From: Clostridiales bacterium
GTDB taxonomy: Bacteria; Bacillota; Clostridia; Christensenellales; Pumilibacteraceae
DNA: 64,000 bases
Assembly: GCA_022508365.1 (NCBI GenBank)
Contig: JAFLVH010000004.1
Span: forward strand, 275-64,274
Reading direction: 5' to 3'
Positions 48,655 to 57,993 of this stretch are shown here, piece after piece. The notes below the pieces were generated by a model that saw nothing but the letters and a program-made list of their open reading frames with translations, was not told the DNA's origin and made no database searches. The stretch's first letter is position 1; each line of letters starts with the position of its first letter. Both the position numbers and the translations under genes were made by a program.

Positions 48655-50223
48655 TCAGTCCTCGTACCGCTGTATATTTTTTCCGTCCGACCAAAGCCGT
48701 TCTATGTTATAAAACTCGCGCGTTTTGTCGGTAAATATGTGAATGATAACGCCGCCGTAATCGAGCGCAATCCATTCCGCATTTACGTCGCGCTTGGTCG
48801 GGTCTAATCCGAACTGCTTGGTGAGCTTGTCCTCAACGTATCCCATAAGCGCCTTTACCGCCGTTGTGGACGAAGCGGACGCTATGACAAAGTAATCCGC
48901 AATAATAGTCTTGCCGTCCAAGCTGATTATATCTACATTGCGCGCCTTGTGCAAGCTAAGCTCCGCCGCCGCGACAATAGCAATATCCTTTATTTCGTCG
49001 CCGCTCGGCACAAACTTTTTGGGTTGTTTCGCTTTATCCTCTTGATTTTCCTTTTGCACGCTCACCTTTTTAGGCGTGTCGGGCGATAGAAAAACAGAGG
49101 TCGATCCGTCATTGCCTACAAGCGTTTCGTAATACTCTATCGCCTGCTCGCTGAACTCACAGGTATCTGTGTGCTCTAAGCCGCGAATTTCCTTTAACGC
49201 TGCGAGCATGGCGATGTCTTTGTTATGCTCGCTAAGCGCACGCATGTTTCCCAAAGAATTATAGTTGCGACCGTTTTCCGTCTTGTCGGCAAGATACACT
49301 ATTTCGTCAAGCACGGTCATATTTGCGCGCGCTGTGGAATGATATTTTATCGCTTGCGCAATTTCGTCCGACACGCCGTAATCGGCTTTTGCAATATACG
49401 CGCCGATTGGACCGTGCACGGTGGGCTCGGGAAAGCCGGATAAATCCACCAAATCCTTATAATTGCTTATATCCTGCGCCTTTGCTATATCGTGAAGAAT
49501 GCACGCAATAACAGCGTCATGCGTGCTAGCGCCATAAAGCTTGCTTAGCTCCGCGCCGCGCACCGCCGTGCGGTATGTGTGTTCTATGCGGCGATACGTA
49601 AGTCCGTACTTGTGCAATCCTTCTACATACTTTGCATACGGATTGAACATGCCAGTCTTAAGCATGCAATTATACACCTCTGTCGGCAAATACTTGTTGG
49701 GCTTGCCGAATGCAAGATCGATTTTTGCATCGGTAGAAGAAATATCCGGACCGCAAAAAGGCGCAACCTTGATTTTGATTTTGCGCTTTTTGAGTAATTT
49801 TACCGCGTCTTCGTTCAAATCGTAATTGGGCCGAGGCACTACGTAAAACGTGACAAGCGTCTTAAGCCTATCTATATCGTGCCAATCGATAAGGCGTTTA
49901 ACTTCCTCGCTGCCGATAACCCAGTATAATTGTCCCTGTAAGCGCTTTTTTAGGTACGCGGCGGTGTCCACGCTGTAGCTTACGTCCTTTTTGTTTATTT
50001 CGTACCTGCTGACCTCCGTCTTAGCCGAGGACAAAACCTTTTTGCAAAGCGTGTACCTCACCTTTCCGTCGTCCTGCGGCGCCTTGAACGGCGAAATGTA
50101 CGACGGCATTACTATAACGCGGTCGAACTTTTTTTCGAGGTTCTTCACAATATCCACGTGCCCGAAGTGCAGCGGATTGAAGCTGCCGCCGTAAATTGCT
50201 ATTTTTGTGATTTCATTCTTCAT
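48655..50223 (-). CDS. NadD-YqeK(HD)-RsfS triple fusion protein
   Basis: One uninterrupted 522-aa frame: GGSFNPLHFGH...ISST (NadD); RIEHT...LHDIAK...HGPIG...YHST...ADK (YqeK); charged linker; ADYFVIASA...WIALDYGGVIIHIF...FYNIERLW (RsfS). Confidence 0.9.
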   Translation of the reverse strand: MKNEITKIAIYGGSFNPLHFGHVDIVKNLEKKFDRVIVMPSYISPFKAPQDDGKVRYTLCKKVLSSAKTEVSRYEINKKDVSYSVDTAAYLKKRLQGQLYWVIGSEEVKRLIDWHDIDRLKTLVTFYVVPRPNYDLNEDAVKLLKKRKIKIKVAPFCGPDISSTDAKIDLAFGKPNKYLPTEVYNCMLKTGMFNPYAKYVEGLHKYGLTYRRIEHTYRTAVRGAELSKLYGASTHDAVIACILHDIAKAQDISNYKDLVDLSGFPEPTVHGPIGAYIAKADYGVSDEIAQAIKYHSTARANMTVLDEIVYLADKTENGRNYNSLGNMRALSEHNKDIAMLAALKEIRGLEHTDTCEFSEQAIEYYETLVGNDGSTSVFLSPDTPKKVSVQKENQEDKAKQPKKFVPSGDEIKDIAIVAAAELSLHKARNVDIISLDGKTIIADYFVIASASSTTAVKALMGYVEDKLTKQFGLDPTKRDVNAEWIALDYGGVIIHIFTDKTREFYNIERLWSDGKNIQRYED

Positions 50224-51463
50224 AAGTAAACTCCGTGTCGAGTATTCTGACTATATCGCCCGTTTTTATCCCCGCTTTTTTAAGCGCCTTGGTCACGCCG
50301 CCCACGTCCAGCCGACGCTGAAAGTACATAAAGCTATCCCTATCGTCCAAAACAACTGTGCGCGCAAGCTTTTCTATCATCGCACCGCTAAGCACAAACG
50401 CGCCGTCGTCCGCCCTTGTAATCGCGTAGGAATTGGGATCGACCTCCTCGTACGCAAACGGCTCGAAGCTGAGCGGCGCAGGCGGCGGCAGCGTACCGAG
50501 TTTTTTATTTATCGCTCGCTTTAGCTCTTCCAAGCCCTTGTGCGTTACGCCGCTTATCTCATATATTTCGCCCTTGATATTTGCGCGAAAGTCGGCGATT
50601 TTACTCCTATCCGCGCAGTCAATCTTGTTTAGCGCGATGATTTGCGGCACGTCCATAAGGTCTTTGTTGTACTTAAACAGCTCGGAATTAACAATGTTGT
50701 AGTCCTTTACCGCGTCGCCGTCTGTCGATATATCCACGACGTGAACGATTATTCGCGTGCGGTCTATATGACGCAAAAAGCGATGTCCGAGCCCTGCTCC
50801 GTCCGCCGCGCCCTCTATAAGTCCCGGTATGTCGGCTACGGTAAAGGAGCTTTCGTCCACATAGCAAACGCCTAAGTTTGGCGTGAGCGTGGTAAACGGA
50901 TAGTTGGCTATCTTTGGATTGGCGCCGGTAAGCACGGAAAGCAGCGTGGACTTGCCCGCATTGGGCAGCCCTGCAAGCCCTACGTCCGCAATGGTCTTTA
51001 GCTCTAAGATAATGGCGCGCTCCTTTGTGGGCTCGCCCTTTTGGCTGAAGCCGGGCGCCTGCCTGCGTGACGACTTAAACCTTGCATTGCCCTTTCCGCC
51101 GATTCCGCCCTTGAGCACCGTCACGCAGTCGTCCGAATAGAACATATCCGCGATAATCGCGCCCGAAGCCTCGTCTCTCACCACCGTGCCGCGCGGAACG
51201 TACAGAACAAGATCCGCGCCGTTTTTGCCGTGGCGGTTTTTGCCCGATCCGTTACTTCCGTTTTCGGCGCGGTAGTGCTTGCCGAAGCGAAACTCCGAAA
51301 GCGACGCGGCATTACTGTTTACCTTGAACACCACATTGCCGCCGTCGCCGCCGTCGCCGCCGTCAGGCCCGCCGTTGGGAACGTACTTTTCCGTATAGAA
51401 CGACGTACAGCCGTCGCCGCCGTCGCCCGCTTTTATATAAATTTTTGCTCTGTCTATAAACAT
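50213..51463 (-). CDS. obgE: GTPase ObgE
   Basis: FIDRAKI, GGPDGGDGG, GLPNAGKSTL, YPFTT, DIPG, NKID; C-terminal DUF1967-like domain. Confidence 0.97.
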   Translation of the reverse strand: MFIDRAKIYIKAGDGGDGCTSFYTEKYVPNGGPDGGDGGDGGNVVFKVNSNAASLSEFRFGKHYRAENGSNGSGKNRHGKNGADLVLYVPRGTVVRDEASGAIIADMFYSDDCVTVLKGGIGGKGNARFKSSRRQAPGFSQKGEPTKERAIILELKTIADVGLAGLPNAGKSTLLSVLTGANPKIANYPFTTLTPNLGVCYVDESSFTVADIPGLIEGAADGAGLGHRFLRHIDRTRIIVHVVDISTDGDAVKDYNIVNSELFKYNKDLMDVPQIIALNKIDCADRSKIADFRANIKGEIYEISGVTHKGLEELKRAINKKLGTLPPPAPLSFEPFAYEEVDPNSYAITRADDGAFVLSGAMIEKLARTVVLDDRDSFMYFQRRLDVGGVTKALKKAGIKTGDIVRILDTEFTYEE

Positions 51464-51473
51464 GTTATATCAC

Positions 51474-52088
51474 TTAACCCTTTACGCCTTGAGGACACAA
51501 TCCTTTTACGGAACAATTTTCGCAGTCGGGCGTGCGCGCGTGACAGCAATCCCTGCCGTGTCTTATAAGCAAGAAGTGCACGTCGCGGTAATCCTCCTCT
51601 TTAAACGCCGCGCAAAGGTCCTTTTCTACCTCGTCCGGAGTCTTGCCGCGTGTAAGCCCAAGTCGATTTGCCACGCGAAAAACATGCGTATCCACCGCGA
51701 TTGCCGGCTGATTAAACGCGACGCTAAGCATGACGTTAGCGGTTTTTCTGCCAACGCCGGCAAGCGAAAGCAGCCCCTCCATAGTCTGTGGCACCCTACC
51801 GTCAAAGTTGGACACAATATCCTCGCAGCACTTTTTTATGTTTGCCGCCTTGTTTTTGTACAGTCCGCAGCTTTTGATATAGTCTTCCAACATTTCTATC
51901 GGCATGTCGCAAAATGCCTGCGGAGTGTTGGCAAAAGCAAAAAGCTTGCGCGTCACTATATTTACACGCTTGTCCGTACACTGCGCACTTAGTATAACCG
52001 AAATAAGCAGTTCAAAGTCGCTGCTGTATTCCAGCTCGCAGCACGCGTCGGGATATGTGTTTTTTAGTTTTTCAAGAAGTTCTGTCAT
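51474..52088 (-). CDS. nth: Endonuclease III
   Basis: SAQCTDKRVN, LAGVGRKTANV, VDTHV, C-X6-C-X2-C-X5-C; likely start ATG at 52088. Confidence 0.95.
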   Translation of the reverse strand: MTELLEKLKNTYPDACCELEYSSDFELLISVILSAQCTDKRVNIVTRKLFAFANTPQAFCDMPIEMLEDYIKSCGLYKNKAANIKKCCEDIVSNFDGRVPQTMEGLLSLAGVGRKTANVMLSVAFNQPAIAVDTHVFRVANRLGLTRGKTPDEVEKDLCAAFKEEDYRDVHFLLIRHGRDCCHARTPDCENCSVKGLCPQGVKG

Positions 52089-52185
52089 GGCGCCTTTGTT
52101 GTATTTCCTTTGTACGAAAAAACCAAGCAAGCGCATACTTGCTCGATTATATTCTACCACAACAGAAAAAAAATGTAAAGGTATT

Positions 52186-52437
52186 TTAGTAATTACCCTG
52201 CCGATAAAGCGATTTATATGTTTGACCGTCGAACTCGTAAATATTGCGAAGACTTGTGTAGTAACCGCAGTTTAGCACGTTTTGGCACAGATGATAGTCC
52301 GGGCTCTTAACGGCAAGCGAGCACCCCGATCCGTTAACAGGTGCGCTGACAAGCTTGGCCTTGCCGCCAGACGCGATTACCGCGTCCAAAAATCTGATTG
52401 CGCTGTTTCGTGACGAAAACGAAAAAATGTAATTCAT
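52186..52437 (-). CDS. DUF3343-like small protein (putative S/Se carrier)
   Basis: YIFSFSS...A...APVNGSGCSLA pattern; divergent from the cysteine desulfurase gene. Confidence 0.55.
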   Translation of the reverse strand: MNYIFSFSSRNSAIRFLDAVIASGGKAKLVSAPVNGSGCSLAVKSPDYHLCQNVLNCGYYTSLRNIYEFDGQTYKSLYRQGNY

Positions 52438-52551
52438 ACGCTAATTTCCTCTTGTTCGTTTTTATTTTCTTTAAATAGTTCTAAACCGCCAAAATTCGCA
52501 TTAAATATTAACGGTCTTATTCCGTTATATGTGTCTGGAGAACAGTCTGTC

Positions 52552-53673
52552 ATGATTTATTTCGACAACGCCGCAACTACTATGATTAAACCCGAATGCG
52601 TGCTTAAAGCCGACGAGTACGCGCTGAAAAGCCTATGCGCTAACGCCGGGCGCGGTAGCCATTCCGCGGCGATAAAAGCCGCACAAATTGTTTACGAAGC
52701 GCGAAAAGCCGTTAAAAACTTTGTATTTTGCGACGAAGTGGCTTTTACATTTAACTGCACGGACGCGCTTAACACCGTGCTGTTCGGAACCGCAAAAAAG
52801 AACGGACACATCGTGACAACAGTCTACGAGCATAACAGCACTCTGCGCCCCATTCACGAGCTGGGAAAGCGCATGAACGTAAAATATACCGCCGTCCGCC
52901 CTAATGCGCACGGCATAATCGACCCTGCGGAAATCGAACGCGCCATTCGCCCAAACACCTATCTTATAGCCGTCAACCACGTGTCAAACGTTACGGGATC
53001 GGTTGCGCCCGTGACGCAGATAGGCAATATAGCCAAAAGACACGGTATACCCTATCTTATCGACGGCGCGCAATCCGTCGGGTACCTAGACGTGAATATG
53101 CGTGAAATCGGGTGCAACTATCTGTGCTTTTCGCCGCACAAGGGTCTGCACGGAACGCAGGGCTTGGGCTGCCTGTGCGTGCGCGGTGCGCCTCTTTTAC
53201 ATCCGTTCAGGTTTGGCGGCACTGGCACGTCGTCTCACACACTCGATCAACCCACCGACTTTCCGGAGGGGTTTGAGAGCGGCACGCTGCCCGTAAACTC
53301 CATATTTGCACTTATCGCCGCCATTACGCATCACAAAAGACTGTCTCTCACCGTCAAGCGCAACCTTGCCGCTTGCGGCGACATGCTTAGAACAGAGCTT
53401 AGCAAAATTCAAGGCGTAAAGATTTACGGCAAATACAACGTACTGCCTAACTTAATTTGCTTTAACCTGCAAAAAACGGACGCGTCTTCCGTGGGGAATA
53501 TCCTCAACGATCAGTATGACATTGCAGTAAGAAGCGGTCTGCACTGTGCGCCGCTGTGCCACGCGTTTTTAGGCACTATAAACAGCGGCGCGGTGCGCGC
53601 ATCACTCTCCTACCACAATTCCATAAACGAGGTGGACTTTTTTGTCAAAGCGATCCGCGAGATCTGCAGGTAG
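52552..53673 (+). CDS. Cysteine desulfurase-like class V aminotransferase
   Basis: IYFDNAATT, DGAQS, SPHKGL (PLP Lys), RSGLHCAP; likely start ATG at 52552. Confidence 0.92.
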   Translation: MIYFDNAATTMIKPECVLKADEYALKSLCANAGRGSHSAAIKAAQIVYEARKAVKNFVFCDEVAFTFNCTDALNTVLFGTAKKNGHIVTTVYEHNSTLRPIHELGKRMNVKYTAVRPNAHGIIDPAEIERAIRPNTYLIAVNHVSNVTGSVAPVTQIGNIAKRHGIPYLIDGAQSVGYLDVNMREIGCNYLCFSPHKGLHGTQGLGCLCVRGAPLLHPFRFGGTGTSSHTLDQPTDFPEGFESGTLPVNSIFALIAAITHHKRLSLTVKRNLAACGDMLRTELSKIQGVKIYGKYNVLPNLICFNLQKTDASSVGNILNDQYDIAVRSGLHCAPLCHAFLGTINSGAVRASLSYHNSINEVDFFVKAIREICR

Positions 53674-53678
53674 ATCGG

Positions 53679-53945
53679 CTATTCCGCTTTTATCATTTCC
53701 ACAAGCGCCATTAGCCGCTGCCTGGAATGATCGTCCAAGCTCGGCGATACGACGGACACAAAGCCGTCAAGCTGCTCAATAGAAAATGTGCCGTTGCGCT
53801 TAGCTTGCGCCACGTTTTGCCTGAGAGTGCGAATTAGCTCCTCCTCGCTTTTTCCGGCGTACTTTGCGGCAACCGACGCCACTTCCTCTTTAAGCGTTTG
53901 ATTGCCGCTTTCACCCTCGCGTCCGAAGTCTTTAATACTGCGCAT
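53679..53945 (-). CDS. Small helical hypothetical protein
   Basis: ATG at 53945 with GGAGG; CATACAAT (sigma-E-like -10) upstream. Confidence 0.65.
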   Translation of the reverse strand: MRSIKDFGREGESGNQTLKEEVASVAAKYAGKSEEELIRTLRQNVAQAKRNGTFSIEQLDGFVSVVSPSLDDHSRQRLMALVEMIKAE

Positions 53946-54007
53946 AATAAACCTCCACGCGATTATTGTATGTATCATAAACCGATAAAGTTACCCAAGG
54001 AGTGACT

Positions 54008-54244
54008 ATGGACATAAAACAAATGCTGCCGCTGCTGCTTAAAGGCAGGCTCGGCGAAAAAGAACAGGCTATTTTAAAGCTGACCGAAAACCCCGACCCT
54101 ACTGCGCTCGGCTCGCTCATCACGCAAATGGCGGACAAAAAAACGCCGCGTATCGATCTGTACGCGACGCTGAAAAAGCTTATCCCTGCTGAATCGCTGG
54201 GACTTATTATCAAATACTTCGGGACGCAACGCGCCGCGCGGTAA
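54008..54244 (+). CDS. Small hypothetical protein
   Basis: AAGGAG RBS; MDIKQMLPLL start. Confidence 0.6.
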   Translation: MDIKQMLPLLLKGRLGEKEQAILKLTENPDPTALGSLITQMADKKTPRIDLYATLKKLIPAESLGLIIKYFGTQRAAR

Positions 54245-54248
54245 TTGT

Positions 54249-55202
54249 TTATAGCATCTTATACACCAAACAGGCAAGGCGAAACGTCATTGCATCGTTG
54301 AAGTTGCGAATGTTAAGCCCGGTAATCCGCTCTATCTTGTCCAGTCTGTAAATAAGCGTGTTGCGGTGAACATACATATGCCTACTTGCCTCCGAGATGT
54401 TGAGCGAGTGCTTTATAAACGCGTCCGCCGCCGTCATCAACTCTTCGTCGGACAGCACTTCTCGGTACGACCTGTCCAGCACGGTCTTTACGTACCTTTC
54501 CTTGTCCGCCGAGGTCAAAACGGACAAGGTTTTTATCAGCGCATATTCCTTGTACGAATATATATCGCCATTAGGATCGAATTCCGCTCCGTCGACAAGT
54601 GCGGATTTGGCGTATGCGTAATACTTAGGCAATTCCGACACGCCGTGCGCAACGCCGCCAACGCCTATTTTTACCTGTTCTTTTATCTCCTCGGACAAAT
54701 TCTCTTTTAGCACGGCGGCAAACTCGCCTGCCGAGCGGTAATCCGTATCGTTATCGCTCACCTTGCAAAGCGCAGTAATGCCGTCTGACATGTCGGCTAC
54801 AAAGTCGTTCTCGCCTGCCATTGTCATAAGATATTCGGTTACGCTTTTACTTCCGGCGCCACTGTACACCGCAAACACAAAGTAGTCGGATTTGCCCACG
54901 TGTACGCCCTGGGGCGCGCCGCAAAGCCCAAGCAAAAAATCGCAGACTGGATCGGAAGGCTGTTTTATCATCAATCCAAAAACGTACTCCCGCGCAAGCG
55001 CCGCGGTAATCATACTGCTTTTGTCCGCGCCCTTTACGGCAAACGAATAAACCCTCCCGTCACGGCTTACCGAAAAAACAGTAATGCCGTTTTTTTCATC
55101 CGCCATCACGCCGTTTTCGGGCATATTCTCCGGGGGCTTTACCTGCTCTATGTCAAGCCCGCATAAGCTTTTTATTTGTTTTATTATTCTTTCCGCCTGC
55201 AT
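54249..55202 (-). CDS. PucR/CdaR family transcriptional regulator
   Basis: C-terminal NISEASRHMYVHRNTLIYRLDKI HTH; GVGG GGDEF-like domain. Confidence 0.9.
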   Translation of the reverse strand: MQAERIIKQIKSLCGLDIEQVKPPENMPENGVMADEKNGITVFSVSRDGRVYSFAVKGADKSSMITAALAREYVFGLMIKQPSDPVCDFLLGLCGAPQGVHVGKSDYFVFAVYSGAGSKSVTEYLMTMAGENDFVADMSDGITALCKVSDNDTDYRSAGEFAAVLKENLSEEIKEQVKIGVGGVAHGVSELPKYYAYAKSALVDGAEFDPNGDIYSYKEYALIKTLSVLTSADKERYVKTVLDRSYREVLSDEELMTAADAFIKHSLNISEASRHMYVHRNTLIYRLDKIERITGLNIRNFNDAMTFRLACLVYKML

Positions 55203-55244
55203 GATTTTCCCTATTGCATACTTGATTTTTTGTGCCCGATATTT

Positions 55245-55853
55245 TTACTCAACCGCTACGTACCTTTCGCCGATTATCTTATAATCCGCTTTAAAGGTTT
55301 TAAACGCATTGTCAAGTTCCGTCATATTTTCTGCCGCCACAAGCGCAAGACACGTCACTTTTTGTTCGTAGCGTATTTGTAGTGTTTGACAGTTTAATCC
55401 CCTCAAAAGCCCGTTTATGCGCTTATACGCGTCATTATCGCATGATATCTCTATCTCTATGCGCTTTTCCGCACGGCTTACGCCCACTTCTTCTATAAGC
55501 TCCGCCGCACTCTGTCTGTACGCGCGCGTCAATCCGCCTGCGCCCAACTTGATTCCGCCGAAGTACCTGACAACTGCAATCAACGTCTTTCGCGCCTCCG
55601 CCGCCGCAAGCGCCGCATATATCGGCTTGCCCGCTGTGCCGCCAGGTTCGCCGTTGTCGTCATAGCCGAAGTCGTCGCCCTTTTCGTCCGCGATATAGCC
55701 GTAGCAGACGTGACGTGCCAAGCTGTGCTCGGACTTTAGCGCGTCTATTATCGGCTTAACGTCGTCGCGCGTATCAATATGCCGCGATATCGCTATAAAC
55801 CGTGAACGCTTGACTACAAGCTCCATTTGCCCTTCGTTTACGCAAACTATCAT
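55245..55853 (-). CDS. YigZ/IMPACT family protein
   Basis: VKRSRFIA, HVCYGY, DNGEPGGTAG, RYFGGIKLGAGGLTRAY; ATGA overlap with the tyrS stop. Confidence 0.92.
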   Translation of the reverse strand: MIVCVNEGQMELVVKRSRFIAISRHIDTRDDVKPIIDALKSEHSLARHVCYGYIADEKGDDFGYDDNGEPGGTAGKPIYAALAAAEARKTLIAVVRYFGGIKLGAGGLTRAYRQSAAELIEEVGVSRAEKRIEIEISCDNDAYKRINGLLRGLNCQTLQIRYEQKVTCLALVAAENMTELDNAFKTFKADYKIIGERYVAVE

Positions 55854-57076
55854 TGCATTATAACTTTTAGGCGCACCTTTTTGCCCTTGCAAAGCACAAA
55901 CTCGGTCGATGTCGTGTAGTCGCCTATCTTGGCGGTTACGTTGTCCACCTTTTTATCGTCCACCTTGACGCCGCCACCCTCGATAAGCCGCCGCGCCTCG
56001 CCCTTTGAAGCACACACCTTGCACGCGACCATCACGTCAAGCATGCCGCTGTTTAGGTCTCCGTTTATTGTGACGGTGGGCATTTCTGTAGCCCCGCCCT
56101 CAAACGCCGCCTGCGCCTGCGCTTGAGCTTCGTTTGCGGCGTCCTCGCCGTGAATTATCTTTACCACCTCGTACGCAAGCCGTTTTTTGGCGCCGTTAAT
56201 GCGCTCGTCGCGGTGCGCGCAAAGCTCTTTAATTTCCTCTAAGCCGACGTAAGTCAACAGCCTTAAGCAGTTTTCCACTTCCTCGTCGTCGACGTTGCGG
56301 AAGTACTGATACATCTCATACGGAGTGGTTTTGCTTGCGTCCAGCCACAGCGCGCCCTTTTGCGTCTTGCCCATCTTCTTTCCGTCCTTTGTTTCCAATA
56401 AGGACAAGGTTAGCGCGTAAGCGTCCTTTCTTGCCACGCGGCGGATAAAGTCCGCGCCGGCAAGGATATTGCTCCACTGGTCGTTGCCGCCAATCTCCAG
56501 CATGCAGCCGAAATCGGTGAACAGGCGCAAAAAGTCATACGCCTGCATGGGCATGTAGTTGAATTCCAAAAAGCTTAAGCCCTTTTCAAGCCGCGTTTTA
56601 AAGCAGTCGGCGGTGAGCATTTTGTTGACCGAAAGATATGCGCCGTAGCTGCGCAAAAAGTCTATATAGTTGAGGTTGCACAGCCAGTCGGCGTTGTTGA
56701 CAATTACCGCAGCGTTGTCGCCCTCAAAGCTCAAAAACCGCGCAAGTTGTGGTTTGATCTTTTCTACATTATGCTCCACCATTTCGCGCGTCATCATCTG
56801 CCGCATGTCGTTTCTGCCCGACGGATCGCCTATCATGGCGGTGCCGCCGCCTACAAGCAGAATGGGCTTGTGCCCTGCCTTTTGCATGATTGACGCCGCC
56901 ATAAGCGGTATAAAATGCCCTATGTGCAAGCTGTCCGCAGTAGGATCGAACCCACAATAAAATGTAACCGACTGCGACCCCAAAATATTGTACAAGTCAT
57001 CCTTGTACACCGTTTGCTTGATAAATCCGCGGCCGTCTAACGTATCGAATACATTTTGCTTCATGATACTCTCCAT
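55850..57076 (-). CDS. tyrS: Tyrosine-tRNA ligase
   Basis: YCGFDPTADSLHIGH, GGNDQWSNI, KKMGKT, C-terminal S4 domain; start may be 57064. Confidence 0.97.
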   Translation of the reverse strand: MESIMKQNVFDTLDGRGFIKQTVYKDDLYNILGSQSVTFYCGFDPTADSLHIGHFIPLMAASIMQKAGHKPILLVGGGTAMIGDPSGRNDMRQMMTREMVEHNVEKIKPQLARFLSFEGDNAAVIVNNADWLCNLNYIDFLRSYGAYLSVNKMLTADCFKTRLEKGLSFLEFNYMPMQAYDFLRLFTDFGCMLEIGGNDQWSNILAGADFIRRVARKDAYALTLSLLETKDGKKMGKTQKGALWLDASKTTPYEMYQYFRNVDDEEVENCLRLLTYVGLEEIKELCAHRDERINGAKKRLAYEVVKIIHGEDAANEAQAQAQAAFEGGATEMPTVTINGDLNSGMLDVMVACKVCASKGEARRLIEGGGVKVDDKKVDNVTAKIGDYTTSTEFVLCKGKKVRLKVIMQ

Positions 57077-57151
57077 AGTAAATTATATATAGTAATTGTA
57101 AACTATTTTACCGCAAATATCAACCGTTTTATTAAATATCGAGCGATAAAC

Positions 57152-57180
57152 TTGATTTTATTTTATTTCCATATTATAAT
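57152..57180 (+). promoter_or_regulatory. Sigma-A promoter abutting the birA start
   Basis: TTGATT-17 bp-TATAAT; ATG 6 nt downstream; no SD. Confidence 0.6.
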
Positions 57181-57186
57181 GTAATC

Positions 57187-57912
57187 ATGTTTCTCGATAA
57201 AAAGCATATTTGCCGTCACACCGGACTGAATGTAAATATCGTGGACTCGTGCGCCTCCACTTTTGACGAAATCGGGGCTTACGACGCTATAATCGCCATG
57301 AGTCAAACAAATGGCAGAGGCAGAGGCGACCACACCTTTTTTTGCCCGGACGGCGGACTGTATATAGTAATGCGCGTTCAAGGCGTATACATAAATGCGC
57401 ACACGCTTACCCCTGCCGTGGCGCTTGCCGTGCGCGACACCATTAAAGCCGTTTTGGGGCTTGACACGCGAATAAAATGGGTAAACGACATCTACTACCA
57501 AGGCAAAAAAGCCGTCGGAATCCTGTGTAAGTCGGTGCGCAAAGCCGAGTATCTTATAGGCATCGGGATAAACTACGCCACCCCACAAAAGGAATTTGAA
57601 AAAGCCGGTCTCGGCGATATAGCAATATCTCTCGAGGCGCCGGAGAAAAAAGCAACGGCGTTTGTGACAGGGCTGTTAAATATGATTAAACGCGCAACAA
57701 TAGCCACCTTTGACAGCGTACGATACGGCAAGCTGTGCATTAACGTAGGCAAAGACGTGGAGTTTTTACATGACGGAATGACGGTGCGCGGCTTTGCCGA
57801 AAAAATAGATGACGACGGCTCGCTTATAGTGCGAATAGGCTCTGCAACCGTCGCGGTGGACGCCGGCGAAGTGTCGATTGTCCACGCCGTAAACCCGCCC
57901 AAGCCCGATTAA
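57187..57912 (+). CDS. birA: Biotin protein ligase without an N-terminal HTH
   Basis: QTNGRGR, IKWVNDI, KKAVGIL, GIGIN, GSLIV. Confidence 0.9.
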   Translation: MFLDKKHICRHTGLNVNIVDSCASTFDEIGAYDAIIAMSQTNGRGRGDHTFFCPDGGLYIVMRVQGVYINAHTLTPAVALAVRDTIKAVLGLDTRIKWVNDIYYQGKKAVGILCKSVRKAEYLIGIGINYATPQKEFEKAGLGDIAISLEAPEKKATAFVTGLLNMIKRATIATFDSVRYGKLCINVGKDVEFLHDGMTVRGFAEKIDDDGSLIVRIGSATVAVDAGEVSIVHAVNPPKPD

Positions 57913-57944
57913 ACCGTTCCCCCACTATATTACGGTTTTGCGCA

Positions 57945-57973
57945 TTGACAATATAATGTTAATGCTGTATAAT
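57945..57973 (+). promoter_or_regulatory. Consensus sigma-A promoter of the three-gene operon
   Basis: TTGACA-17 bp-TATAAT. Confidence 0.85.
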
Positions 57974-57993
57974 GTCAAAAAGCATATGCGGAA

